DNA of 64,000 bases from Bacteroidia bacterium. Lineage in GTDB: Bacteria > Bacteroidota > Bacteroidia > UBA10329. Below are positions 1-9,212 of this stretch, in pieces. The stretch is from assembly GCA_047611425.1 (NCBI GenBank), contig JBLFWJ010000001.1:4038-68037 (forward strand), written 5' to 3'. Numbering within the stretch: the first letter of the stretch is position 1; the number at the start of each line of letters is the position of its first letter. The notes under the pieces were generated by a model. It had not been told where the DNA came from, did not search any database, and worked only from the letters and a program-made list of their open reading frames with translations. The position numbers were made by a program, and so were the translations under genes.

Positions 1-1
1 T

Positions 2-214
2 GGCACGAAGCAATTCTTAATAGGAAAGCCAACTGTAGAGCGAGGATTGGACGAGGCAATGCAGTTGTTGAAGGTGGGGGATCGGGCCAAATTAATTTTA
101 CCTTCGCACCTCGCTTTTGGGCTGGTAGGTGATGATAATTGCGTACCCCGGAAAGCGGTCCTGATCTACGATGTTCAGGTTATTGATTTCGTTGAACCAA
201 CCAAAATAAATTAA
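2..214 (+). CDS. FKBP-type peptidyl-prolyl cis-trans isomerase, C-terminal fragment (gene starts upstream of window)
   Basis: In-frame translation from nt 2 gives ...[42 protein letters not shown], the typical FKBP C-terminal beta-strand/flap motif. Stop codon at 212-214. Confidence 0.6.
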   Translation, partial: GTKQFLIGKPTVERGLDEAMQLLKVGDRAKLILPSHLAFGLVGDDNCVPRKAVLIYDVQVIDFVEPTKIN

Positions 215-225
215 ATACTATTAGA

Positions 226-1041
226 ATGAAAAAAGCTGGATTAGCTATTGTAATGGCAGGCGTTGTACTGTCATCTTCAACATGTAACAAAGGAGGCGGA
301 GAATCTGCCAGCACAGGACCAGACACTGTTGCAACCGAATCAGGATTACAATACATCATTTGGAAAGGTGGTGAAGAGGGTGCTGCGCAAGCTGCATCTG
401 GAGACAAGGTTTCTGTGCATTATGCAGGAAGATTAAGTACCGGTGAAGCATTTGATAATTCTTACGATCGCGGTCAGCCATTCCAATTTCCATTGGGGCA
501 AGGACGCGTGATTAAAGGATGGGACGAGGGTATTGCACATCTTCATGTTGGAGATTCTGCAACCTTGATTATTCCTTCTGACCTAGGTTATGGAGCTGCT
601 GATCGACCAAATATTCCAGCCAACTCAACACTGATTTTTGATGTACAGCTAATGGATGTCACCAAAAAAGTTATGCCAAAGCGGTACGAAGTTGAAGGAA
701 AGGAAAAGCAAACAACAGATTCTGGACTTGAATACATAAAGCTGAACGAAACTGAAGGGGTTCAGGCGGAGGCTGGAAAAACTGTTTCAGTTCACTATTC
801 TGGCTATTTACTTGATGGAACTATGTTTGATTCTTCTATAGAAAGAGGTCAGCCAATCAGCTTTCCACTTGGGCAAGGACGAGTTATCGCTGGATGGGAT
901 GAAGGCATCGCTCTATTGAAAGTAGGTGAGAAGGCTCAGTTGACCATTCCAAGCAATTTGGCCTATGGTGAAAGAGCAACTGGACCGATTCCGGCCAATG
1001 CAACGTTGATCTTTGACGTTGAGTTAGTAGACGTGAAGTAA
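226..1041 (+). CDS. FKBP-type peptidyl-prolyl isomerase with two tandem FKBP domains; N-terminal lipoprotein-like signal
   Basis: Two repeated FKBP cores (VSVHYxGx[28 protein letters not shown]....L.IPS.L.YG....IPAN.TLIFDV.L.DV). N-terminus [20 protein letters not shown]. Confidence 0.8.
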   Translation: MKKAGLAIVMAGVVLSSSTCNKGGGESASTGPDTVATESGLQYIIWKGGEEGAAQAASGDKVSVHYAGRLSTGEAFDNSYDRGQPFQFPLGQGRVIKGWDEGIAHLHVGDSATLIIPSDLGYGAADRPNIPANSTLIFDVQLMDVTKKVMPKRYEVEGKEKQTTDSGLEYIKLNETEGVQAEAGKTVSVHYSGYLLDGTMFDSSIERGQPISFPLGQGRVIAGWDEGIALLKVGEKAQLTIPSNLAYGERATGPIPANATLIFDVELVDVK

Positions 1042-1060
1042 GACTTCTGAATCATTGAAA

Positions 1061-1096
1061 AGGCCGAATCCTGATGAAGGATTCGGCCTTTTTTAT
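1061..1096. terminator. Rho-independent terminator between convergent FKBP and O-antigen-ligase-like genes, bidirectional
   Basis: aggccgaatcc-tgatgaa-ggattcggcct perfect 11-bp stem followed by TTTTTTATT; A-run on the other side. Confidence 0.55.
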
Positions 1097-1119
1097 TCAA
1101 TCAAATTTGAAAGGAAAGT

Positions 1120-2565
1120 TTAGTTTTCCTTCAGTTCTTTTTTGCTGTAGTAAATGTCCAATGCCACGATTGCGGCAGTGAATCCCCAGAAAGGTGCACT
1201 TGCTTTATCAGTATCAAGGAAGTTGTTTAACATTCCGTGAATCATGTATGTGACCAAACCGAGGAACATACAGAGCAGAATTGTTCGGTGTTCTCCAGGC
1301 GGCATTTTTCCGTAAAGAATTACAGAATAATAGCAGATACAGATTACAATAATGATGAACGAGAGCGATCCAAATATTCCCGCTTCAGCAAGTGGTCCGA
1401 TGTATTCACTATGTGCATTTCCTTTATCACCAGCATTGGTACTAATGCTGGTTTTTTCTTGAGAATGCTGAAATGGAGCATAGACAAAAGCGTACGTTCC
1501 AGGCCCCCAACCGACAAAAGGACGGGCTTCAAAAAGTCTAAATGCAGACGACCATCTATTCAATCGTTCCAGATTACTCGCATCCGTGGATATGTTCGAA
1601 ATAGACTGAACGTGCTCTCCCAACTCCGCGGAGGAGTCTTGACGGTTACTTTCTAATTTCTGAATAATCGTTTCCTGCAACGAGAAAAAGGCAATGATAA
1701 TTCCAACGCCAATCAATGCTACAGTAGAGAATTTGATTCTCATTTTGAGAATAAAGAAAAGTCCAAGGGCTGCAACTAAGCTCACCCAGGCGGCTCTTGT
1801 ATAACTCAATATCAAGGCAACGGTGAACAAAAGAATCAATGACCAGATCCCGATTTTAACCGTTCTTGAATACGATGAGGTCAATCCGAAACCAATCAAT
1901 AATGGAAAGAAGAATGCCAATGCCGCACCATAGGAAGTATGATCATTAAAAAATGGATCCATCACCCAGTGTGCGGGTTGCTCTTCAAATCCGTACATGC
2001 CATGATGAACAATCGTGTAAATAATCACACAAGTAAACCCCAGAATGTAAGCCCAGATATAGGTTTTAATCTTATCGGGGTCCTTGAATATTTGTGTTGC
2101 TACGAAATAGAAAGAGGCCAAAAACCAAAGTCTAGAAAGAACGAATTTAAAAGAAACGATGGGCAACTCACTGGTGAATGAAGTGAGGATGAGCCAAATT
2201 AGATTCATCATTATGGCCAACGTAATTGGGTGGTTCGAAACTTTGGAATCAAACTTTCTTTCCAATAGGAACTTCAAAATCAGAACCAATAAAACTCCGA
2301 ACATTAAAGGATCTGTCGGTAATGATAATCCCACGCCTTCTCCAACATCGGTAAGGTTTACCGAAAGAGGGGTGAGGAAAACGATGAGAATTACCAGTTT
2401 GTCCAAAGAGAACAAAGCCAAGAAAACGATTGCTAATGCCACCGGCAGGAGTGGTAAGTAGAAGAATTCCATGGCCACCATAAGCGCATTAAGGCCAGCG
2501 AATGCGAGCCCTGCAATGAGAATCCATTTAGAATTGAGTTTGAGTGACTTGATAGCTTCAGCCAC
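1120..2565 (-). CDS. O-antigen ligase/polymerase (Wzy_C) family polytopic membrane protein
   Basis: About 12 predicted TM helices with a large periplasmic loop containing SYTRAAWVSLV and RPFVGWGPGTY (glycine-rich Wzy_C-like motif). Confidence 0.55.
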   Translation of the reverse strand: MAEAIKSLKLNSKWILIAGLAFAGLNALMVAMEFFYLPLLPVALAIVFLALFSLDKLVILIVFLTPLSVNLTDVGEGVGLSLPTDPLMFGVLLVLILKFLLERKFDSKVSNHPITLAIMMNLIWLILTSFTSELPIVSFKFVLSRLWFLASFYFVATQIFKDPDKIKTYIWAYILGFTCVIIYTIVHHGMYGFEEQPAHWVMDPFFNDHTSYGAALAFFFPLLIGFGLTSSYSRTVKIGIWSLILLFTVALILSYTRAAWVSLVAALGLFFILKMRIKFSTVALIGVGIIIAFFSLQETIIQKLESNRQDSSAELGEHVQSISNISTDASNLERLNRWSSAFRLFEARPFVGWGPGTYAFVYAPFQHSQEKTSISTNAGDKGNAHSEYIGPLAEAGIFGSLSFIIIVICICYYSVILYGKMPPGEHRTILLCMFLGLVTYMIHGMLNNFLDTDKASAPFWGFTAAIVALDIYYSKKELKEN

Positions 2566-2571
2566 GACCTA

Positions 2572-3522
2572 CTATTTTCTTATTCCTGTATTGTTCAGGA
2601 ATGATAACACCACCAATGAAAATAGTAGACAAGATGCAACGCTAACCAAAACGATTAACCATCTTATTGGATAAGATTTCTTGTCGGAAACTACCGGTGA
2701 AGTCACCACATTACAATAAGTCAAATGCTTTTCTACATCCTTAACCGCAGCTTCCAAAGACTCCTTTAAATTATTATAGGTACCTCTAACTCTCCAAAGA
2801 TGCTCGGTAAGACTAACATATTCTCCTCCATGTTCTTTCAGAGATTCAAGAATAGGCTCAACTTCCTTTCTGTATTTATCGGACCCAGGGCCAGTGACTA
2901 CTTGTAAATATCGTTCGGTAGCATATTCTGTTTGAAGCGCGAAATCTAGGATTCCGTGTGTTACTCTCAAGTCTTTTAGCCTGGCTTCTAGGCTATCCAT
3001 CTCTTCCTTTTTGTTCTTAACCTGAACCTCAAGAATTTTAACCAGCTCGATGGATTTCTCCTTTTGCATGGACTTTTCCTTCAAGTTAAAGTGATGAATC
3101 ATTCGATCAACCATCACTTTAGCAAGCTTGGGGTCGATGTCCATGACCTCAAGAACAACTGACTCGTACTTGGTTTTTTCGAAGCTTACATTTTCCTCAA
3201 ACTCATCTCTCAACTTGGTTCGATGACCAATCTTACTTGAATCAATTCCATAATGGCCATAAAGACCGAATTCTGTAGACAGCGCTTCCATAATGGCGTC
3301 TGATTCCAAAACTTGTAGCATTTGCTCCGTTGGAGTTTCGGTGCCCATCGGAATAATGTTGGCAGGATAGAGTACGGCTGCACTCTTATACTTTGGTTCA
3401 ATAAACGTGGCAGATGAAAATACAGCCGACAATAATGCGGCTACAACTGCAACTATTGCCAATTGCTTCCACCATCGGAAGACCAAAGACAAAATCTGAT
3501 TATTATTAAAGAACTCCGACAT
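2572..3522 (-). CDS. Polysaccharide chain-length determinant (Wzz-like, N-terminal domain type, no kinase domain)
   Basis: N-terminal TM (LAIVAVVAALLSAVFSS), coiled-coil periplasmic region, C-terminal TM preceded by KKSYPIRWLIV. Paralogous to the next gene. Confidence 0.55.
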   Translation of the reverse strand: MSEFFNNNQILSLVFRWWKQLAIVAVVAALLSAVFSSATFIEPKYKSAAVLYPANIIPMGTETPTEQMLQVLESDAIMEALSTEFGLYGHYGIDSSKIGHRTKLRDEFEENVSFEKTKYESVVLEVMDIDPKLAKVMVDRMIHHFNLKEKSMQKEKSIELVKILEVQVKNKKEEMDSLEARLKDLRVTHGILDFALQTEYATERYLQVVTGPGSDKYRKEVEPILESLKEHGGEYVSLTEHLWRVRGTYNNLKESLEAAVKDVEKHLTYCNVVTSPVVSDKKSYPIRWLIVLVSVASCLLFSLVVLSFLNNTGIRK

Positions 3523-4547
3523 TAGGGTTGGGCGTTGAGGTCCTTGAAACTTTCAAATCCAATGATTAGCAACAATGTAACCAAGACAGACGATATTACG
3601 GAAATGAAAACAATGAGCCATCGAATTGGATAAGATTTTTTCTCAGCAACAAACGCGTTGTTCACAATAAACTTGTGAGGCAAAGTCTGCTCCGCATCAA
3701 CCTTTGCTTCCTGAAATTTTGCACGAATATGACTCAGCTGTTCCTTCTCGTGTTCTAACATATCTCTGATGGAAACATAAGCACCACCATACTGACTTAG
3801 CGTTTTTAAGCGTTCCTCCAGTTTTTCAGCTGCCGCAGATTTTCCCTCCAGAATAGCCTTAGCATAAGCTTCATTGAAACGTTCTGCCATCGATTCGTAA
3901 TCGTTGATACCCATTTGCCGTAATCGGTTCAATGAGTCTTCTAATTCTTTCACATAGTCTTTCATGAAGATGTATTGATCCTCAGCAATTTTCATGGCTT
4001 TAAAAGCACGTTCTTTTTGCATGCGATTTTTGGTAGTGTCCAAAAGAGCGGCTATATCATTAGCCATACCTGCAGCCAAAACTGGGTCGGTATCATAAAC
4101 ATCAATCCTTACCGATTGAAACTCCGTTCGTTTGTACGTGATATTGTCTTCATATTCCTTGAATAGCTTGGTGAATTTGTACTGGTCGGCAGTATCGATA
4201 TCATAATGCGCCATCAAATCATACTTGCTGACAATCTTGCTTCTTATTTCGTCAGAATTCAAAATCTGAAGCAATTGTTCTGCTTGTTCCTCTTCTCCAA
4301 AAGAAAGAAGATCGTCTTTGGACACGTTATTCTTAGCCATCAATGACTTCGATACTGAAGCAGTAGATGTTGGAAATAGAATCACTGTGCTCATATACTT
4401 CGGCTGTACAAAAGTTGGCCCCGAAAATATGGCAGAGCTAACTGCAGCTAACAGCCCTACAATAATCAACGGCTTTCGCCACCGATATATGTAAAGTAAG
4501 AGATTTGAAGAATCGAAGGACAAGCCTTCGTTTGACTTTTGCGACAT
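3522..4547 (-). CDS. Polysaccharide chain-length determinant (Wzz-like) paralog
   Basis: Same architecture and shared motifs as the previous gene (RWRKPLIIVGLLAAVSSAIFS..., KKSYPIRWLIVFISV). Its start codon overlaps the stop of the downstream paralog. Confidence 0.55.
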   Translation of the reverse strand: MSQKSNEGLSFDSSNLLLYIYRWRKPLIIVGLLAAVSSAIFSGPTFVQPKYMSTVILFPTSTASVSKSLMAKNNVSKDDLLSFGEEEQAEQLLQILNSDEIRSKIVSKYDLMAHYDIDTADQYKFTKLFKEYEDNITYKRTEFQSVRIDVYDTDPVLAAGMANDIAALLDTTKNRMQKERAFKAMKIAEDQYIFMKDYVKELEDSLNRLRQMGINDYESMAERFNEAYAKAILEGKSAAAEKLEERLKTLSQYGGAYVSIRDMLEHEKEQLSHIRAKFQEAKVDAEQTLPHKFIVNNAFVAEKKSYPIRWLIVFISVISSVLVTLLLIIGFESFKDLNAQP

Positions 4548-4618
4548 ATTCAGCGCGTGTGTGCGGTAAAAAAACGGTGGTCAAAAGTAGGAAAATTCAA
4601 TTGCCAATTTCTCTTGAT

Positions 4619-6064
4619 TCAATCCTCCTTGGATCTAATAATTTGGAGCATTTCCATTGGTTTGATCAACTTTAAAATCAATGATATAAATAGGGCAGAA
4701 GTAATTAGAATAGTAGATCCAATTAGCCAGTTGTCTATGTTGCTTGCCACGCCCCAGCCAATCAAAACTGAGGTAATTACGAAAATTGAGTAAAGTCCAA
4801 TTTGGCGAATACTGGGCGCTGCTTTAAACAATCGATGAGCGAAGAAACATTGGATTACGAAAACCATGCTTTGCACAAATGCTGCAATCCAAGCGGAGCC
4901 TACTGCACCATATTGTGGAATTAAAAGGACATTCATAAGGATTGAGATTACAACCGCAATCACCGCGATGGTGTTTAAGATTTTCAAGCTGCCGTTGGCG
5001 GTAAGTAAGGTGCCAACTACGTAGGATCCGGCCATGCTCACAAATGCCAACATCAACCAGGGGAATACGGCCTGAGATTCAGAAACCATATCGGTGTACA
5101 ATAAGCCCATAATTTGATTAGAATAGAACCACGCAACTAGCGCAACTATTGTAGCTGGAGCCACCAAAAGTCCTAGCGACATTCTACTTAACTCAGAAAC
5201 CGGTTGTTTCAGTTTGAGCATTCTGGCAAATATGGGAAGAAGTAGAACTGCAAACAGGTATGCAAACATGTTACCTGCATCTAAAAGCCTAAAAGCCTGA
5301 GCGTAGATGCCCGCTTGAGTTGCTCCGTTTGGATGAAGTAAATCGAGAAGTACTGCATCCTGCCGGTTATAAATGCTCATTAGGAGGACAAGCAGAGCAA
5401 AGGGTAGGCTCTGCTTTAAGATTACTCTAAACAGTTTTAAATCTATGCCAAATTTGACATTTCCGGCTTTTATCCATACCAATATCAAAGCAACAATTGC
5501 GGTTATCAAATAGGCTACCGTCTGCAAAATCACAAACATATTTATGGTGAACGGCTGATTAAAAACGGTGGTCCATAAACCGAGACCACATAATACAATC
5601 ATAAGAAAACGATCCGCAACCGAGATAAGGCTATCCGTTTTGAAAAGGTGTAAACCAGCAAGATTCGATCGCAAGAAGAGTATCCCTGCTAATAGAAACT
5701 GGTTGAAGCACAGCAGACCCAGCATGAACTTTGCCTCATCGTTATATCCAGAAAGAATTGCAACCAGCAAACAGACAAGCATGTATCCGATTGCAAGCAA
5801 CAATCTTAGGCTGATCAGACTTCCGAAGTACTTCCCAAGTAAATGGTTGTGTTGGGAAATGTTACGGTTGTTATAGTTCGTGATTCCAGCATCCAATACA
5901 ATATTGAGAATGATGGATAAGTTAAGGAGTGCGAAATATGAACCGTAGCCTTCAACTCCAATCACATTCTGGACTTCACGGTCAATTCCGAAAATCCAAA
6001 AGGGTTTGATCAGAAGATTGATCAGAACTAGAAAAAGAAGATTAGTGATGAATTTCCGCTGCAT
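4619..6064 (-). CDS. Oligosaccharide/polysaccharide flippase (Wzx, MOP superfamily)
   Basis: 481 aa with about 12-14 TM helices, typical size and hydropathy of Wzx/polysaccharide biosynthesis proteins, in a polysaccharide gene context. Confidence 0.6.
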   Translation of the reverse strand: MQRKFITNLLFLVLINLLIKPFWIFGIDREVQNVIGVEGYGSYFALLNLSIILNIVLDAGITNYNNRNISQHNHLLGKYFGSLISLRLLLAIGYMLVCLLVAILSGYNDEAKFMLGLLCFNQFLLAGILFLRSNLAGLHLFKTDSLISVADRFLMIVLCGLGLWTTVFNQPFTINMFVILQTVAYLITAIVALILVWIKAGNVKFGIDLKLFRVILKQSLPFALLVLLMSIYNRQDAVLLDLLHPNGATQAGIYAQAFRLLDAGNMFAYLFAVLLLPIFARMLKLKQPVSELSRMSLGLLVAPATIVALVAWFYSNQIMGLLYTDMVSESQAVFPWLMLAFVSMAGSYVVGTLLTANGSLKILNTIAVIAVVISILMNVLLIPQYGAVGSAWIAAFVQSMVFVIQCFFAHRLFKAAPSIRQIGLYSIFVITSVLIGWGVASNIDNWLIGSTILITSALFISLILKLIKPMEMLQIIRSKED

Positions 6065-6137
6065 TTCGGGCTGCTAAGGTAGTTGATCAGCTTGGCTTGC
6101 TGTTCGGGAAATACGTTTCATTACTTTCGGCCATTCC

Positions 6138-7262
6138 ATGCGCATAGCGGTAAACACAAGGCTTTTATTGCCCGGAAGATTAGAAGGGATTGGGCGTTTC
6201 ACAAATGAGACGCTTAAGATTCTAGTCGCTGATCATCCTGAAGTGGAATGGATTTTCCTTTTTGATCGCCCTTTTGACCAGCAGTTTATTTTTGGACCGA
6301 ACGTAACGCCCGTTGTGGTTTGGCCGCAAGCTCGACATCCTTTGCTTTGGACACTTTGGTTTGGGTATATGGTCCCACGTGTATTGAAAAAGCATAACGT
6401 TGACCTATTCTTATCACCAGATGGATACAATTCTTTGAATGCAGAAATGCCCACTGTTGATGTGATCCATGATTTAAATTTCGAGCACAATCCAGACGAT
6501 GTGCCGGGATGGGCAGGTAGATATTTGCGGAGCCATTTTCCGAAATTTGCCAAGGCATCCAAGCGTGTTGCCACGGTTTCTGAATACTCTAAAAGAGATA
6601 TTGAAAAAACCTATGGCATTGATTCCAGTAAGATAGATGTCGTCTATAATGGAGTGGATGCTCGATTCGCTCCAAGCTCAATCGACCAGAGGGTAAACAT
6701 TAGAAACCGAGAAGCCGGAGATAAACCATTCTTTCTTTACGTAGGTTCAATCAATCCTCGAAAGAATATTGAGCGGATGCTTCAAGCTTTTGATCAGTTC
6801 AAATCTGAAAATACGTCAAGAGAACACAAGCTCATTGTGGCAGGTGCAAAAATGGTTTGGACGGATAAAATGGAATCGACTTTTGATTCGATGCGTTTCA
6901 AGTCGGATGTGCTATTCAAGGGAAAAGTATCTGATACAACTCTTGGGGAATTGCTTGGTGCGGCAGAAGCCCTGGTCTACGTTTCTTATTTCGAGGGATT
7001 TGGTATTCCGGTGATTGAAGCCTTTCAAGCTGAACTTCCTGTAATCTGCTCTAGTGTTACAAGCCTACCCGAAGTTGCTGGTGATGCTGCTTTGCTCATT
7101 GACCCTTACGATGTGAATAGCATTACAAATGCCATGGCATCAATTGCGAATAATCCTAAATTGAGATTAGACCTTATTCAAAAAGGCAATGCTCGAAATG
7201 GCGTTTTTACTTGGCAGCGCACGGCTGACCTACTTTGGCAATCTATCCAGAAAGCGCTGTAA
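6138..7262 (+). CDS. Glycosyltransferase family 4 (GT-B fold)
   Basis: C-terminal EGFGIPVIEAFQAELPVICSSVTSLPEVAGDAALLIDP is the classic GT4 E-x7-E nucleotide-sugar-binding motif. Confidence 0.75.
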   Translation: MRIAVNTRLLLPGRLEGIGRFTNETLKILVADHPEVEWIFLFDRPFDQQFIFGPNVTPVVVWPQARHPLLWTLWFGYMVPRVLKKHNVDLFLSPDGYNSLNAEMPTVDVIHDLNFEHNPDDVPGWAGRYLRSHFPKFAKASKRVATVSEYSKRDIEKTYGIDSSKIDVVYNGVDARFAPSSIDQRVNIRNREAGDKPFFLYVGSINPRKNIERMLQAFDQFKSENTSREHKLIVAGAKMVWTDKMESTFDSMRFKSDVLFKGKVSDTTLGELLGAAEALVYVSYFEGFGIPVIEAFQAELPVICSSVTSLPEVAGDAALLIDPYDVNSITNAMASIANNPKLRLDLIQKGNARNGVFTWQRTADLLWQSIQKAL

Positions 7263-7485
7263 GCGTTATCCCAGCTAAAATGTGAGTTAGCCTATTCCTG
7301 TCAATCAACTTTTGGTACGGTCTTAGTCTTAGGAACGGTGTAACCAAAACTCAAAGACATGAAAACGATAGCCGCAAGACAACTCAACATGATTGGCCTG
7401 ATAGCAATAATCTCATTGACCATTTTGGCCATCATCGTATCCTGAAATAATTGAGGGTAGGTGGTTACCTGATGGGCGGCTGAGG

Positions 7486-7773
7486 TTAGAAAAGGCCGAG
7501 ACCGCCCATCATTCCTCCAGCTACTGACTTCATCTCTGATTCAAATACATTCTCGGCTTGCTCAAGCGCACGATTAGTGGCCAGTAAGATTAAATCTTCA
7601 AGATCTTCCTTTGCAAGTAATTCTGGAACAACGACATCAACAATCTTTCGATTTCCATTGCTAATAACCACAACTCCTTCAGCTTCGCCACGAACTTGAA
7701 TATTATCTAAGCGTGACTTCACGTCATCCATATGCCCCTTCATTTGCTGAAGTTGCTTCAATTTATCCAACAT
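7486..7773 (-). CDS. ybaB: YbaB/EbfC family nucleoid-associated DNA-binding protein
   Basis: 95 aa, MLDKLKQLQQMKGHMDDVKSRLDN...GVVVISNGNRKIVDVVVPELLAKEDLEDLILLATNRALEQAE...MMGGLGLF is the canonical YbaB pattern. Confidence 0.8.
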   Translation of the reverse strand: MLDKLKQLQQMKGHMDDVKSRLDNIQVRGEAEGVVVISNGNRKIVDVVVPELLAKEDLEDLILLATNRALEQAENVFESEMKSVAGGMMGGLGLF

Positions 7774-7780
7774 GCTTTTC

Positions 7781-7966
7781 TTATTTAATGGAGATTCTGT
7801 GATCCTCTAAAACGCTATTACGTTTTGTGGACAGTTCATCCATTCGGTCCTGAGGGATATCAATTGAATCTCGATCAAATTCTATTTCGGGACATTGATC
7901 CTGAAGGCAAGATCTCAACTGATCTACTTCGAACAAGACTTTCTCTGAAACGGTAAAAATATACAC
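7781..7966 (-). CDS. Hypothetical small protein (61 aa) immediately upstream of ybaB
   Basis: ORF only. Acidic, no recognisable domain. Confidence 0.2.
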   Translation of the reverse strand: MYIFTVSEKVLFEVDQLRSCLQDQCPEIEFDRDSIDIPQDRMDELSTKRNSVLEDHRISIK

Positions 7967-8246
7967 GGCTTATTTACAGAATTCGATGACGAAAGTAACT
8001 TGAGAGTTGAGCGAAGTGGAAATTGGGTTTGCTAAGTTTCGAACATTTAATCCACAGTTTGGTTCCTTTGAATTTCAGTTTCAAATTGCACCAATCACAA
8101 AATGCTCATTTCTTATACCTTATATATCGTCTAATTTTTAAGGCCCTAAAGTCAGGGTCAATTTCAGATTATGGAAAATCTTACACCCTTGAATTGGAAT
8201 AGGATTGAAAGAAGTTTAATTCTTTCGTCTAACTTCTTCAACTTCG

Positions 8247-8277
8247 TTTGTTTTGTGTGACTAAGTTCTTACCTTTG
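8247..8277 (+). promoter_or_regulatory. Candidate Bacteroidota sigma-A promoter for the rpsL operon (-33 TTTG / -7 TACCTTTG)
   Basis: TTTG at 8247-8250 and TAnnTTTG-type box TACCTTTG at 8270-8277 (19-bp spacer), about 50 nt upstream of the rpsL ATG. Confidence 0.3.
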
Positions 8278-8328
8278 CGCTCCCTTAAATAAAAGGGTAT
8301 AGTAAAGACGAAAATTTAGCGGACGCAA

Positions 8329-8700
8329 ATGCCTACAATTCAGCAACTTGTAAGAAAAGGTAGAGTGAAACTTGTCGATAAGAGCAAGTCACCAGCACTC
8401 GATTCTTGCCCTCAAAGACGGGGGGTTTGTGTAAGGGTTTATACCACTACACCAAAAAAACCTAATTCAGCCATGAGAAAAGTGGCCAGAGTCAGGTTAA
8501 CCAACGGTAAGGAGGTTAACGCTTACATCGGTGGAGAAGGACATAATCTTCAGGAACACTCGATCGTTTTGGTTCGAGGTGGAAGAGTAAAAGATCTTCC
8601 TGGTGTGAGATACCACATCGTTCGTGGTGCTTTGGATACTGCAGGTGTTGCAGATCGTAAGCAAGGTCGATCTAAATATGGTGCTAAGCGAGGTAAGTAA
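8329..8700 (+). CDS. rpsL: 30S ribosomal protein S12
   Basis: [12 protein letters not shown]...PKKPNSA(M)[46 protein letters not shown] are universal S12 motifs. Confidence 0.95.
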   Translation: MPTIQQLVRKGRVKLVDKSKSPALDSCPQRRGVCVRVYTTTPKKPNSAMRKVARVRLTNGKEVNAYIGGEGHNLQEHSIVLVRGGRVKDLPGVRYHIVRGALDTAGVADRKQGRSKYGAKRGK

Positions 8701-8720
8701 TACCTCAGAATTATTAGAAA

Positions 8721-9188
8721 ATGAGAAAAAACGTAGCCAAAAAGAGAATACTTCTTCCTGACCCAAAGTTCAGCGATCAGTTGGTAACTCGATTTGTAAA
8801 CAGCCTAATGGTTAGCGGTAAGAAAAGTACTGCGTTCAAAATATTCTACGATGCAATTGCAATTGTAGATGAGAAGACTGAGGGCGAAGGTTTGAATACT
8901 TGGAAGAAAGCCCTTACCAATGTTTCTCCATCTGTAGAGGTGAAGAGTAGAAGAGTAGGTGGTGCAACATTCCAGATTCCACGTGAAGTTCGTTCTAACC
9001 GTAAGGTTGCTTTGGGTATTAAGTGGTTGATCGATTTTTCTGCAAAGAGAAACGAGAAGTCAATGGCTCAGAAATTGGCCAATGAGGTGCTTGCTGCTTC
9101 TAAAGAAGAAGGTGCTGCGTACAAGAAGAAAGAAGATACACATAGAATGGCTGAGGCGAACAAGGCGTTCTCTCACTTCCGTTTCTAA
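8721..9188 (+). CDS. rpsG: 30S ribosomal protein S7
   Basis: S7 sequence pattern, position after rpsL. Confidence 0.93.
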   Translation: MRKNVAKKRILLPDPKFSDQLVTRFVNSLMVSGKKSTAFKIFYDAIAIVDEKTEGEGLNTWKKALTNVSPSVEVKSRRVGGATFQIPREVRSNRKVALGIKWLIDFSAKRNEKSMAQKLANEVLAASKEEGAAYKKKEDTHRMAEANKAFSHFRF

Positions 9189-9212
9189 TCGATTTTAGGA
9201 GAGAAAGATATT

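Noticed and set aside
1237-2674. +-strand ORFs (1237-1656, 1939-2181, 2159-2461, 2471-2674) overlapping the O-antigen-ligase-like gene
   Set aside because: Antisense to a long polytopic membrane CDS. Hydrophobic-codon mirror ORFs are common artefacts.
7359-7445. 28-aa hydrophobic ORF MKTIAARQLNMIGLIAIISLTILAIIVS in the GT4-to-ybaB intergenic region
   Set aside because: Could be a tiny membrane peptide, but it is very short with no RBS or promoter evidence and no conservation I can assess. Kept only as a note.
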